DNA from: Paraspadella gotoi
Lineage: Eukaryota; Animalia; Chaetognatha
Assembly: GCA_051294375.1 (NCBI GenBank)
Contig: CM119265.1
Coordinates: 3,511,869-3,575,868 of the forward strand
Direction of reading: 5' to 3'
DNA length: 64,000 nt
A program made the translations under genes and the position numbers. The notes beneath the pieces were generated by a model. That model was not told where the DNA came from and searched no databases. It worked only from the letters and a program-made list of their open reading frames with translations. Below, one piece after another: positions 28,150 through 41,662 of the stretch (position 1 is its first letter; each line of letters begins with the position of its first letter).

Positions 28150-30782
28150 TTTTTCTTTCTCTCTATTTCCTTTTTTTGGTCCTTTTTTCTTTTTTCTGTC
28201 TTCGACAGACAGTCAAACGTAAACCTCTCAAAAATTATCATTTTGTTTTTGTTGAGAGAATGAAATCTCATTTTCTCTTGGATTTTGATAAAACGGATTT
28301 ACGGGCGAGAAAGGAATGTGGCTACAGTGAAGACCGACTTTAACGAAATAAAAAAAATAATCAACAATTTTTAGTTTAGTTTTATAGATTTGTTTGAAAG
28401 TCATTTAATAAAATTTTATATTAAACTTTTTAAAAAACTTCAAAAATACGTTTATAATAAATAAGAGAATTCTGACTGTATTTCTGTCAAACGCCTTATT
28501 CTCTCTCATTTCGAAAATCTTCCCATTTTTGTCATTTTTTTGTCAATTTTTCTGGGATTGTACGGCGGCGCAATGTCGGGATCACTAATTGACCGACGAG
28601 GAGTCGAAGATTTAAGGGAAAAATAATGTCGTCGTCGTCGTCTTTGACGCCGCCTTTAAGGGGACCCTACATTCCTTTTATTTCATCTTAATTTTTACGG
28701 GAAATCGTTGTCTCAGAAGGGGAGAAGGCAGTTTGGGGAGCGGCTTTTAAGTCTACGGGACAAAAATAATTTCATTCTTACGAAAAGAAGAAAAGCAAAG
28801 TCAATTTAGGTGACATTTTATTAGAATTAGTTTACAATTCCTTCTAGACTAACAATTCCTTCTCGGCTAACAACTCATTCAATACATATCCATAAGATAA
28901 CAAAATTTTATCGTTGTTGTCACTCAAATAAAAGTTTATTTCATTTACTAACTTTACTTATAATTTTACTACTTTATTCTAGAATAGGGGAATACAATTT
29001 TCAGAGATCAGAGCCTAATATCATTTAACGCCTTATAATTAGTAAAATAATAGTAATATTGTTTTTCCATTGCCTTAATCGAAAGCTTTTTCGTTTTCCA
29101 TAGAGATTGTTAGTAATACGGATTTTCCCATTTCATTGAGAGTTACAATCCCGCGCGCAAAAAAATTGTCGGTCCCTTTCATTCGCGACGGCAAAGTTGA
29201 AATACTCTTCCCGCGGTGAGATACTAATTTTAGTTTCTTTCGTAATCGATACTGTAGCCTGGAGGGACAAACGAGATATACAGAAAAAACTCTATTCACT
29301 CACTCTCCCTTTAATGAACAGATTCAAAGCTCGACGATCAGCATCAAAAAAGATAAATCCAAAGCGGAGAAGTAATAAGATTTAATTCGCTCGATCCGCG
29401 AGACGCCATCTTTACGGTTCTGATCTCAACTAAATGACCTTTTGCCCAATTAAAAACGTAAACGAAAAGTTATTATCGTAAGGGAAAAGAGAGAAAAAAA
29501 AATCTTTAAGATCTCTTAAAATATAAGAAGAGAAGGAGAGAGAGAGGAAGAGAAGAGAGAGGAGAGAGAGAGAAGAGGAGAGGAGAGAAGAAGAGAAGAG
29601 AGAGAGAGAGAGAGGAGGAGAGAGAGAGAGAGAGAGATTTGAATTAAAATCAATCACTAAGGAAAACAAAAAACGAGCTTAGCACATATCACAGAGTAAA
29701 AAAAAAATTAAAAATCCGTTTTTGTGCCTCTCGTTTTTACGAGATTAGAAATTCGCTAATAAAAATCTCAATCAGGAGAAAAAAAAGAGAGAAAAAAAAA
29801 AGATTTGAACTTCGATTCTTCGTCATAATCTCACACTTTTGAACGAGTTCAATTTGAAATAATTGTAATTCGAACTGACAGAGATTCCAAACTATAAGTT
29901 ATGTGTATGAGATACGCTTGTCTTTTTTCGCCGCTGCTTGCTCGTTTATTGTCGAGCTTGGTGAGTATGGGATCGTTGAAGTGAGCCCTTTTTATTAGGA
30001 GGAAAAGTTTGTGGTAAGCACAGATTAAGGTGTTGGTTACGCTAGTAGTAAAAATGAATCAAGAATAAATTAATAGATAAAAAATGTATCATCTGTATAA
30101 AGTTTGAATATTTTCTGCGTCGTTATCCACCCCACAGATGGGTGAGAACCAATTAACCTAAACAAAAGACATTTGTTTTTTTTTTCTCTTAATTTTTTAT
30201 CGATCGTTTCCGTAATTAATTTCGATTCTCAACGAAAATCCTGATGGAATCGAATCGAATTTTTTTCTCAGCCGCGCCTCCTTAATTTTAATCGATGACT
30301 CACGATTCCTTTTTATACTTTATTTAAGGGCGCAAATGAAATTAAAAAAAAATTATTAAACTATACTAAAAAAATGGGGGGAAGAATAGAGAGAAATAGA
30401 AGCAACGGATAATCGTTAATTGAGATCACGAAAAAAAATACACGAGAAAAGAGAAAAAAAATTGGATCGAGTTTATCTAAGAAATTGACAAGGGTGAGAA
30501 AGATAGAACGATAACATTTTATGTTTCAGAAGATTTTATTAATCTTTTTTTATTTAAAAAAAAATCTTTTTTTTTTAACTTTTCGAATGAAGAATCGATT
30601 CTAATTTATATTCATTGAATTTTTTTCACCCTGAGTGATTCATTGCTTTTAACTAAATTGGGTTTAAAAAAAAGTAAAAAAAGGAGAATGAGAAGAGACC
30701 TCAAAATAATTGAGACCTCACAACAATTGTAAATCTCTGTTTTCAAATTAATCCCCTCTCTCTCTCTCTCTCTCTTTTTTTT

Positions 30783-30814
<32 letters not shown>

Positions 30815-31529
30815 ATCTCTCTCTCTCTTTTTTCTCTCTCTCTCTTTTTTTCTCTCTCTCTCTTTTTCTCTCCCCCCCCCTCTCTCACTCCTCTCTCTCT
30901 CTCTCTCTCCTCTCTCATCTCCTCTCTCTTTTTTTCTCCTCTCTCTCTCTCTCTCTCTCTCTCTTCCACACGCCGAGGAAAATCCGCTGAGGACAAAAAA
31001 ATAAGATTTATCGCATCGTTTTTCCAGAAGTTCAGGTGAAAACTCGGACGAACGTTAGGGTGGTTCGAAAAAAGAAAGTACAGTAATATATTTTTGTTTT
31101 TCTTACACTGTCAATTCCTGAACTCAGGTCAGTCTAACTGCCGACGAAATGAACACGGCCGTCCGCCTCGAAAGAAAAATATTAATTTTTTTAAACCAAA
31201 ACTTTAAAAATAAAAAAATCGATTTTTAGCCAAATGATTTTAAAGTAAGGATAGACAAGTTTAAAAATACGTCAATGTTTTAGATAAAAGAAAAAAAAAC
31301 AGTAAAAAAATCTTAGAGACTTTCTAATAACTAAAATAAGTCAAGAAGATATAATTGAAAATGATTTACGAGGGTGTGAAAATATTTTAATTAGATGAAT
31401 AGGTCAGAAAAGTATAAAGGTGGTTATTTCTTAACATTTAAACTAATTTTTCTTGTTTTGTTCTACGCTGTTACTCCGCTGATTTCTCTCTCGCTTCTAT
31501 CTTAATCTCCATCTCTCTCTCTCTCTTTA

Positions 31530-31571
<42 letters not shown>

Positions 31572-32001
31572 CTACTCTCTCTCTCTCTTCTCTCTCTCTC
31601 TCCTTCTGTCCCGGGCACTTTCTTTCTGCTCACTTTTTTAAATTTGTTTGATGACTGTCGAATAATTATTTTATGCAAAAATATAGTTATTTATAGTGAT
31701 TGAATTGTTTGCTTTGTTTTCTTCAACTAGATTCAATTAAGAGGAAAAAACACTCCGGACAAAAATGATTAATGATTTTTTTAATCCGCCGGCGCTCTCC
31801 ACGCCGACGACGCCGACAGCGCCGGCCCAACGACGCGGCCCGTCAAAACTTAAATGCGGCGCCAACGTCAGCTCACGAGCGACGTTGCGACCGGCGTCCA
31901 CCGGCGTCGTCTCGTGCGGCCATCCTTGTCGAGAGGGCGCCAAGGATCAAGGAGAGGCGTCACCAACTTTCGAGATTCGAAAAACTGTGAAATTCAATCT
32001 G

Positions 32002-32055
<54 letters not shown>

Positions 32056-34338
32056 GGGAGAGAGGAGCCAGAGAACGAGAAGAGAGAGAGAGAGAGAGAG
32101 CGCTCAAGAATTGATTTCGGACTTTTTTCTCTGTTTCTCAAAATCAATCCAACGCGCAAAGATGGCGTCGGAAGGGAGAGAGTTAGGAGTGGGGGGGGGC
32201 AAGATGAGGAAAAGGAAAGAGAGTAAGTTCGAAGTTTTGGAAACTGGAGGGAGATTAAAGCTTTTCGTTGGAATATTACAGCGCAGATTCAAGAGCGAGA
32301 GCGAGTGAAGGAAAGAAATGAGGAACGCGGAGATGGAAGGAAGGGCGTTTAGGATGAGAAACGTGGGGTATAGAAGGGGGTAGGAAAAAGGATTTGAGAG
32401 ATTAACATTCAAACAAGAAAAGAAAAGATGAGGATTTGAATCAATTGACCGAAAAAAAAAAAAGTGTGAAGAAGAGCGAAAAAAAAGAGGGGAAGAATTG
32501 ATCGTTGGGGGAGGAGATCTTAGGCGGAGGACAAGAAGAGGGTGGTGGAGACTGGAAAGAGGGAGGGAGAGAGAGAGAGAGCAGAGAGAGAGAGAGGAGA
32601 GAGAGAGATGAGAGAGAGAGAGTAGAGAGGAGGACGAAGAGAAGAGAGGACAGAGGAGAGGGAGAGAGGGAGCGACGAGGAGTGCCCATGAAATTTATAG
32701 GCCAGAACACCCCCACAAAAATAGAAAGAAAAATCTGCATATTTCTTTAAAAATCCAAAAAATCAAAAATAAAAAAAAATAGTTTGGATAGAAAAAAAGA
32801 AAGAAAAGAAAAAAGAAAGAAAGAAAGAAAGAAAGATAAAGAAAGAAAGAAAAAAGAAAGAAATAGAAAAGGAAGAAAGGAAAAGAAAGAAAAAAGGAAA
32901 GAGAAGAAAGAAAGAAAAAAAGGAAGGAAGGAAGGAAGGAAGGAGAGATTGAGAATAGCGTAGCAGGATTTGTGACGTCACGGGCCTCGAGGAAATTCCA
33001 AAAGATTTCCAATCTTAATTCATTCGTTATTCATTTATTCATTTATTCATTTATTCATTGGTCTTAATCGTTCATCTCTTAGTCTTTTTTTGTCTCGCGG
33101 ATTTACTTTTGATTTTATTTTGTGATCCGCTTTGTCAACAATTCTTTGTGTGTGTGTNNNNNNNNNNNNNNNNNNNNNNNNNNNNNNNNNNNNNNNNNNN
33201 NNNNNNNNNNNNNNNNNNNNNNNNNNNNNNNNNNNNNNNNNNNNNNNNNNNNNNNNNNNNNNNNNNNNNNNNNNNNNNNNNNNNNNNNNNNNNNNNNNNN
33301 NNNNNNNNNNNNACTCGCGACATTGTTTAATGTTTAAACTTTTCGATAACAAACGAATTAACATCTCCTTAATCCGTGTACTCGTCATAGTTGACGACAT
33401 TTTAAAATGTCAAAAATTTCAAAACTTTTCCCGCCTATCTTTGTTTAACAATGTTCTTTTGTTTATATTTTTCCAAACAATCAAAGCTTCCATTGAAATC
33501 TGAAACCAGTAATTACGTTTTAATCATTTCGAAAATCTTTGTTTCAGATTTGACTAAAATTTAAAAAAATACCTTCGAGATCGAATTTGACCAATGAGAT
33601 CGAAGGATGTTCGCGATCGGACCAATCAGCGATCGATATTCCGCGTGTGAAACGTAATCGACATTTCCATCTGGCTAAAGAGAGAGNNNNNNNNNNNNNN
33701 NNNNNNNNNNNNNNNNNNNNNNNNNNNNNNNNNNNNNNNNNNNNNNNNNNNNNNNNNNNNNNNNNNNNNNNNNNNNNNNNNNNNNNNNNNNNNNNNNNNN
33801 NNNNNNNNNAATATAAATCTCGACATTTAAAACCTCTCTTTCACCCTTTGCACTTAATACAATCCTATTATGACGTCACAAATTCAAAGTTTTTTTTCTG
33901 ATTATCATGGATTTGCGTACGTCTAAACTCTCCGAGTTCAATTTATACCGGCGAGAATCTCTGCTTCAAATAACAAGAACAACAAAATCCTATTGTTACG
34001 CGAAACGAATCCCATGTATAAAGTCCGTGGCACCTGATCGCCACCTGTCGTCGCGTCGTCGTATGATTTAAAATAAAGACGAAAACAAACAAAAGGGAAA
34101 TCGAGATATTTTGCTTTGTTATTTGTTTATTTCGTAAAAAAAAGTGAAATTTTTGAAAGGAGATGTTTGTTTAAGAATGGAATATAATTAGAAACATAAA
34201 TCATATACTTGTGTATTACTCGAAAATGTTAATTTCACAAAAAATTGTCGCGGGAAATAACCTGGAAAATTGTTTGTAAATTTCAATTTCATACTGGAAA
34301 GAAAGCTAAAAAGAAAGAAAGAACGAAAGAAAGAACGA

Positions 34339-34393
<55 letters not shown>

Positions 34394-34402
34394 CAAAAAA
34401 GC

Positions 34403-34438
<36 letters not shown>

Positions 34439-34585
34439 AAATAAGCAAGCAAGCAAGCCAGCAAGAAAGCAAGCAATGACCCTTCTTCAGACGACTTCAA
34501 TCGACCATCGACCGATAAAGAGGAAAAAACTAATTTGTCTTCAAAGAAAGGAAAAGAAGAGTTTTTCTCACAAATAACTTCTCTC

Positions 34586-34736
34586 CATCAACCTCTCTTT
34601 TCTCCCTCAACCTCTCTTATCTCCCTCAACCTCTCTTTTCTCCCTCAACCTCTCTTTTCTCCCTCAACCTCTCTTTTCTCCCTCAACCTGTCTTTTCTCC
34701 CTCAACCTCTCTTTTCTCCCTCAACCTATCTTTTCC
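34586..34736 (+). repeat. 19-bp minisatellite (CCTCTCTTTTCTCCCTCAA), about 8 units
   Basis: Directly visible tandem units with few substitutions. Confidence 0.9.
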
Positions 34737-35055
34737 TTCGCCTAAATAACTTTTTTTTCTTTTCTTTTCTTATTAAAAGGTTAGGATTTCGTATGTAGTT
34801 TTGATTATTTTGAATATTAATATATTAATAACCAACATCCGAACAGTAAGATTTTATTTTATAACAAATATTGGTTGTACCAATTTCATACATTTCATCT
34901 TCTCTCTCTCTCTCTCTCNNNNNNNNNNTCTCTCTCTCTGTCTCTCTTTCTCTCCAGACTTGATTAACTCCCTCCCTCTTGTTCTACAGGACCGTGAAAT
35001 ATTGGTTCGAGTCTGACTTCAGATTGGAAACCAAGGCGAGCTCGGGGTGCTGGCG

Positions 35056-35105
<50 letters not shown>

Positions 35106-35106
35106 T

Positions 35107-35137
<31 letters not shown>

Positions 35138-36086
35138 TATTCCCTGATTATGCTCGCGGTGATAGCTTTATGTCTCACCCTCACTTTCCAAAAAACCTCC
35201 ATCTCTAAAAAAATGATAAAGTGCGCTGTAGATCAAAATGGAGTCTGTGGTTAAGAGAAAGGGATTTCGGTAGAAACTGAATTTGATATAGAGTCTATTT
35301 TACAGACTATAGACTATAATATTGGTCTATATTTTAAACTAGGAGTGTGAAATGTAAAGCGAGTTTTTGTTTTTGTTTTTGTTTTTATTTTTGTTTGTAT
35401 TTTGTATTAATTTAAACTTTTGTTAGTATGAAATAGAAATTCGTTAGGGTAAAAAAATAAAGATGAAGAGAGGAGAGAGAGAGAGAAGAGAGAGAGAGAG
35501 GAGGGGAGAAGGAGAGAGAGAGGAGAAGAGGAGAGAGAGAAGAGAAGAGAGAGAGACAGACGAGAGCTGCAGAATATAAGAAATCTGCTGCGTTCATCCA
35601 ATCGAGGGTGGTAGTATTTTCAGCCCCGATTCGAGTAACGCTCCCTTTCATCTCGATCGTTTACAAAGCATTGTGTTATTCGGATTCTGCTACAAAAGAA
35701 ATGACGCCGAGCCAAAGAGCCGAAGGGTGAAAGTGGGAACGTTTTCATTTCAATCTAGACAAGGAACCAGTGGAACCCGGACAGAATACAAATTGGATAT
35801 GGAGTTTTTTTGTGGGCTTTTTCTCTCTTACTCTGTCTCTCTATCTCTTTATCTTTCTCTCTCTTTCGCTCTCTGAGCCAATCCCCTTGGCCTTGTGTTC
35901 CATCCAGATTCCTCACGACTTTTCTATTTGTTGCCAAAGCGAGACCATACTAGGGAAACCGCGCCAGTGTATGGAGGCGTCACTGAGGGTCGGAAGCCCC
36001 CAAAGTGTGATGCCCTATCCCAATAGGCAACCACAGGCAACCCGACTTTTGCAATAAACACATAGAAAAAAGAGAGAGAGCGAGAG

Positions 36087-36144
<58 letters not shown>

Positions 36145-37447
36145 GTTAGATTCTGCTTTTCTTGTACCGAAAGAGACATACGTAAAAGTTTAACCAATTT
36201 CTTTTTTTTTAATCTTAATTCTTAATCTTTGATCTTAATTCTTGAATCTCCATCGCAAAAACAGCGCCGTCCAGTTTCGACGCCGCGACGCCGCGACGCC
36301 GGGTTCCTTATTCTCGATCCTCAGCGGCGTCGCGAGATGGAGAGAGAGAGAGAAACTTCCGGGATTGAAAATCTGAGATTCCGCGCGATTACGACGACGA
36401 CGACGACGACGACGACGATGATGATGAAACGAGATGAGAGAAAACATTTTTGAATTTCATATTCAACAAAAGAATATCTACCAAGTGCAATACTAATATC
36501 CGTTAAAACTTATATATTTACAAATTGAATATCATCATTTCTTCCCTTGCAAATTTTTCCTCCTCCTCCTCCTCCTCCTCCTCCTCCTCCCGCAATCTCG
36601 GCTTTACTCGGAGGAGAGGATCGCCCTCATTGTTTCTCAATAAGAGAAGGAAGAGGAAGAGGATATTTCCGCAATCTGTGCTTCGTTCGAGACGAAGACT
36701 TTTTCCTCTCAGATTTGAGCGTCGTTGTCGTCGTCGTCGTCGTTGTCGTCGTTGTTTCGCAGTCGTCTTCTGCGCGTTCATCAAAAAAAAAGTTTTCGCC
36801 AGTCAAAGTTTTAACCCTTTTATATTTTCTTGAGAGAATAGGGACTGGGGAGGGCAGGTCCATTCTCTTTGAGAACGACAAGCGAGTTGGCAGGTTTTGT
36901 CGGCATCGATGACAAATGAGCCTCCAGTTGATGACACATTTCACCAGGGACAATGATCACCAACTTATCCGGATTTAATTTGATTTTTCGAAATTAATTC
37001 GTTATTAACGGTATCAATGCAATGGAACGAAATTTGGGATTCATCGTAATAATGGGAATTGGCATTTGACCTGTGACACATTCTGACTCAAATGGACCAA
37101 AGACACGTCCTTTTCTGTCCTCACAACCTCATTGTCCAAATTCGGTTATTGATTATGGTAATTTTTTTTTTAAGTCTTTTTAGATAAAATCACATCTCAA
37201 GTGGAAACTTTACCAGAATAAAATCAGAAATAAAATCTAAAACATGAAATCGAAAATTAATAATCGATTTTCAAATGAGGTTTTTTTTTCACATAATCCT
37301 CTTAATGTTAATCCCTTAAAATAGTAATCGACGAAATGGCAGAAAGTGGCAATCCCCTAAATGGCAGAAAGTGGCAATCACGACGATTAGATTTGGCGAA
37401 TTTTGCTTCGTCGGTCGTTTCTTGTCACAGTCGTTGGATCCGTCGTT

Positions 37448-37498
<51 letters not shown>

Positions 37499-38419
37499 CG
37501 CAGTAGGATCGCGTGTCCTTACCCCCTTACCTCGTATTTCCTCACCCCCCGATTCCACTCCCCACTTCCAAAAAATCCCTCTTTTCATTGTCTCATTCTC
37601 TTTCACCCAAAAAAAGAAAAAAATCGAATTTCGGAGACAAAATTGGAATTTTTTTCTCATTTCTTTTTAATTCTATCGCCGCCGTCATCATCGGAGCATC
37701 GCATGTCAAAAGACAGACTACTCACGAAAAAAAACACGGAATTTTAAAAAAATAAGATATTAAGCCAGTTTTTGTTATTTTTTTTTAAATATTAACTTTT
37801 TTAATACTTAAACATTCTCATTAATTTTTTCCCAATAAATCAAAAAGTTTATTTTTTTCACATAATTTTATCTATAAACCATATTTACGTATTACCACCC
37901 AACCCTTGCCTTATTTCTATTTGTAATTTTGGTAGCATCTAACTTTAAAAATAGAGCTGTACTAGTTTAAAAGTATTTTTATATACTATCAATTTAATAA
38001 CCACCACCTAAACCTTTTTTCTTCTTCCAGTCACCCAATAAAATTTTTTTTAAAAACTACTTTCTCTCAAACCACCCTGTAAAACTGCGATTCCATCCAA
38101 AAGCCGATGGCACCGAATTTCTTCCTTTCCAAAAATGGCGTCGTTAATCGTCGCCTTCGTTTTTCGCGCCAAACGTGGGAGTTCGTGACTCTCTCTCTCC
38201 TCTCTCTCCTCTTTCTCTTCTCTCTCTCTCTCTCTTCTCTCTTCTCTCTCCTCTCTCTTCTCTCTCCTCTCTCTTCTCTCTTCTCTCTCTCTTCTCTTCT
38301 CTCTCTCTCTTCTCTCTCTCTCCTCTTCCTTCTCCTCCCTTCTCCCTCTTCTCTCTCTCTCCTTCTCTCTCTTCTCTCTCTCTCTCTCTCCTCCTTCTCT
38401 CTCTCTCTCTCTCTTCCTC

Positions 38420-38473
<54 letters not shown>

Positions 38474-41029
38474 GCTCTGGTTTCGCGTTTTGTCGAAATT
38501 CATGGGCCATAAAATTCTTTGAAGATCGATTCTTGTCTCGAGGCGAAAATCGAGAGACGAGACGAGCGAAGGTTTAATCATCGCGAAGCTCAACAATTTA
38601 TAATCCGTCGTTTCCTCCCTTTTCTTTTCCTCCCTTTTCTTTTCCTCCCTTTTCTTCTTCACCCCTTCCTCCCTTTTTTTCTGTTTTTCCCCTTTTCGAT
38701 TTTCCTCCTTATTGTTGGTTTGTCTGTTTTTCTATCTGTTTCCTTTTGTCTTCTATTGTTGGTTTGTCTGTTTTTTTTTTCTTCTTGTTTCTTTTGTCTT
38801 TCAGTCTGTTATTTGCTTCTGTTTTTCTTTGTCTCATGTAGTTGTCTGTTTTACTCTTTTCCTTTTTGTCTTCCTTAAATTACTAATAAATGTTATCTTT
38901 TCTCTATTTTTTCTCTCTCCCACCCTATTTTCCTCCCTCCCACCCTTCTCTCTCTCTGCCTCCTCTCATCCTCTCTCTCGCTCTCTCTACTCTCCTCTTT
39001 AGCCACGCCACATCACACGGTCGTTTCCCCCTTTCCACGGATTGTCTTCATCGTCGTCGTCGTCGCTGTCGTTCGGTCATCTTCCTCAGGCAAAAAAGAT
39101 GGCAATCGTTGCATCAATGACGGCATAATGACGCAATTAAGTCGACTTCTCGATTTTCACCTTTACGACGATTTCGTCGCATTTTCCTTCGGGGCCCATA
39201 ACCTTTAGTCGTAACTCCGAGAATATAGTTCACCTTTGGCTACTTCCGTCTCCCTCTTACGTCTGAGCGCTTGTCAATCTAAACTCACCCATTCTGAGAA
39301 CATCATTTTTATTCCGACAGACCATCCACCTGATCCAACCTCCCATCTCCACCCCATCTCATCCCAGCCAGGAAAGCCCACACCAAGACGCTCCTACCAA
39401 CCCGCTGCGGTGCCCCGCCCCCATCTCGTTCTCTCATTACGGGTAATACTTTTTTTTTCGTGATTCCACCAAAATAAAGACATTTTTTCTGATTTTTAAT
39501 TTAAAAGGGAGAGAGAGAGAGAGAGGAGAGAGAGGGAGAACGAGAGAGAGGAGAGGAATTCTTTTTATGACATAGCTTTTTACCTCACATGAAAGTTGCT
39601 CGACTTTATCGTCGTCGTCGTCCGTCGTCGTGTCGTTCGTCGGACGATTTCTGAGAATGAGAGCATAAAACAAATCATCATCAAGCGACGATTTCTCGTC
39701 GTCGTTATCGTCGTCGTCTCGTCGTCGTCTCACGCTACATGAGAGGTAGTTTAATCAGCGTCAGATTAAAAAAAAAATGTTCATCTTTTTTGTCTATTGA
39801 AAATCTTTTGAGCAGGCCCTGCTTTATATTTATAATACATGATGACAATGAAAAAATAACTAAGATAAACATATGCAATAATCTGTACATATAATAACGA
39901 AGAAATAGCGGATTAGGTTGAGGCGCGAAGAGATAGAGAAGCTATAGAAAAAAGAAAGTGGAATTAGAGAGAGAAATAAACTAATCCGCTCCAAACGAGA
40001 GAATAAGGGAGAGAAAGATAGAGAGAGAGAGAGGAAGAGAGAGAGATAGAGAGAGGAGAGAGGAGAGGAGAGATGAGAGGAGAAGAGAAGGACTGATCGG
40101 GCTTCGATCGGTGTCAGCGCGCTGAACGCGAGCAGGGCACGCGTCTCGGTCACGTGCGACGAGTACACGTGACCCTGGCGGAGTAAGTCTCGGGAGCATG
40201 CTTTCTTGATTTTTCTGGTCATGGAGAGCGGAGAGAGAGAGGGAGAGAGAGAGAGGCCGGATGAGATGAGGAGACCGTGCTCGGGTGGTATATGATTCTT
40301 TTGCGGAAATCCGCTCGCGGCTTCCGGAAATTCAGGAGACGGGTGGGGAAATCGGATATATATTTCTGAGTGGGTAGTTATTAAATACGTTGAGGGCGGG
40401 GGGGACAAATTAGGACAAGGCTTTATGTTTCGTTTTATTTTATTTTTTTACATTTATTATTTATTATTTATTGTATTTATTATTTATTTATTATTATTAT
40501 TTATTTATTTATTATTTATTTATTATATTTTTATTATTTAATGTTAATTTTAATTGTATTTACTTATTCATCGTTTTTCTTACCTTTTAATTTAACGTAC
40601 CCTTCTTTTATATCTTTTTTTCTTCAAAATTTTATAATTGTACTTTTTTATCTCTTGATCTTATCCTAATATCAATTAATTAATTTCATCCTTTCATCAA
40701 TTTGAATATCCTCCCATTTATCCGAAATTAACCCAAATTCCTCATTTCGCGCTCTTTTCCGTCAAAATCCTCGTTTTACAAATTTCGCTTCTCCGCTCTA
40801 AAGTCGATTCAATGAATCCGTCGTCGGCGTCGTCGTCGTCGTCGTCGTTGTCATCATCTTTTCGGTCGAATTTACAACACCTACCGCCACGTCCCCCTCC
40901 ACCCCCACCCACGCGCGCCCCCACGTCACGCGACCCATAGCCGGTCATTTTCCGCGCCTCGTGTTACGTCGCGTTCGTCACACAGCGCGCAGTAATGAAA
41001 CTACGTCGCGGAAGCGGAGGAAAACGAGG

Positions 41030-41662
41030 ACGACTGATAGGATGAAGGGTAGGGGACGATCTGGAGTTCAGAACAGGACAGACGGTATGGACGAAGGTTT
41101 GAGATGACATTGAGCAGACTGGGACAGATGGAGTCCGAGCGGATGGAGGCGAAGATGAGTATGAATGGAGCAGAAAATCGGACATGAATGGATGCGAGGG
41201 GGGAGACGAGTTGGAGCTAGAGGACATTGCGACGGAACGAGATGGGAGCAAAGGTAGGGACGATTGGAGCAGACGGACATTTCGGGACGGGACGGATGAG
41301 CAAAGGTAGGACGATTGGAAGCAGACGGACAGATCGGACAGACTGATGGAAGCAGGGTTACGATGATAGGAGCGATGGACAGAATGGACAGACTGATGGA
41401 GCGAGGGTTGAGATGATTGGAGCAGACGACAGCATCAGTACAGACTGAATGAGCGTGTTGAGTGTTGAGATGCAGATTTGACGAGGGTGATATTTGAGCA
41501 TACAGATGGAATGTGAGCGAGGGTTTGAAAAAATGATGTTTAGTGAACACGTGAGATGCGAGCAGATGGGACAGACGATTGGAGCGAGGGTTGAGATGAT
41601 TGGAGGAGAGGGACAGACAGACGGACGGATGGAGCGAGGGTTGAGATGATTGGAGCGACGGA
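41030..41662 (+). repeat. Degenerate purine-rich minisatellite
   Basis: Recurrent ggagcgagggttgagatgattggagcagacggacagac..gat core. Confidence 0.75.

Larger units (their letters stand above)
20820..30470 (+). repeat. Third copy of 1-10577 with independent indels, continuous with downstream unique sequence
   Basis: Collinear with copy 1 throughout. Differences are almost all 1-2 nt indels. Lacks the poly-A block at 3840-4265. Confidence 0.9.
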
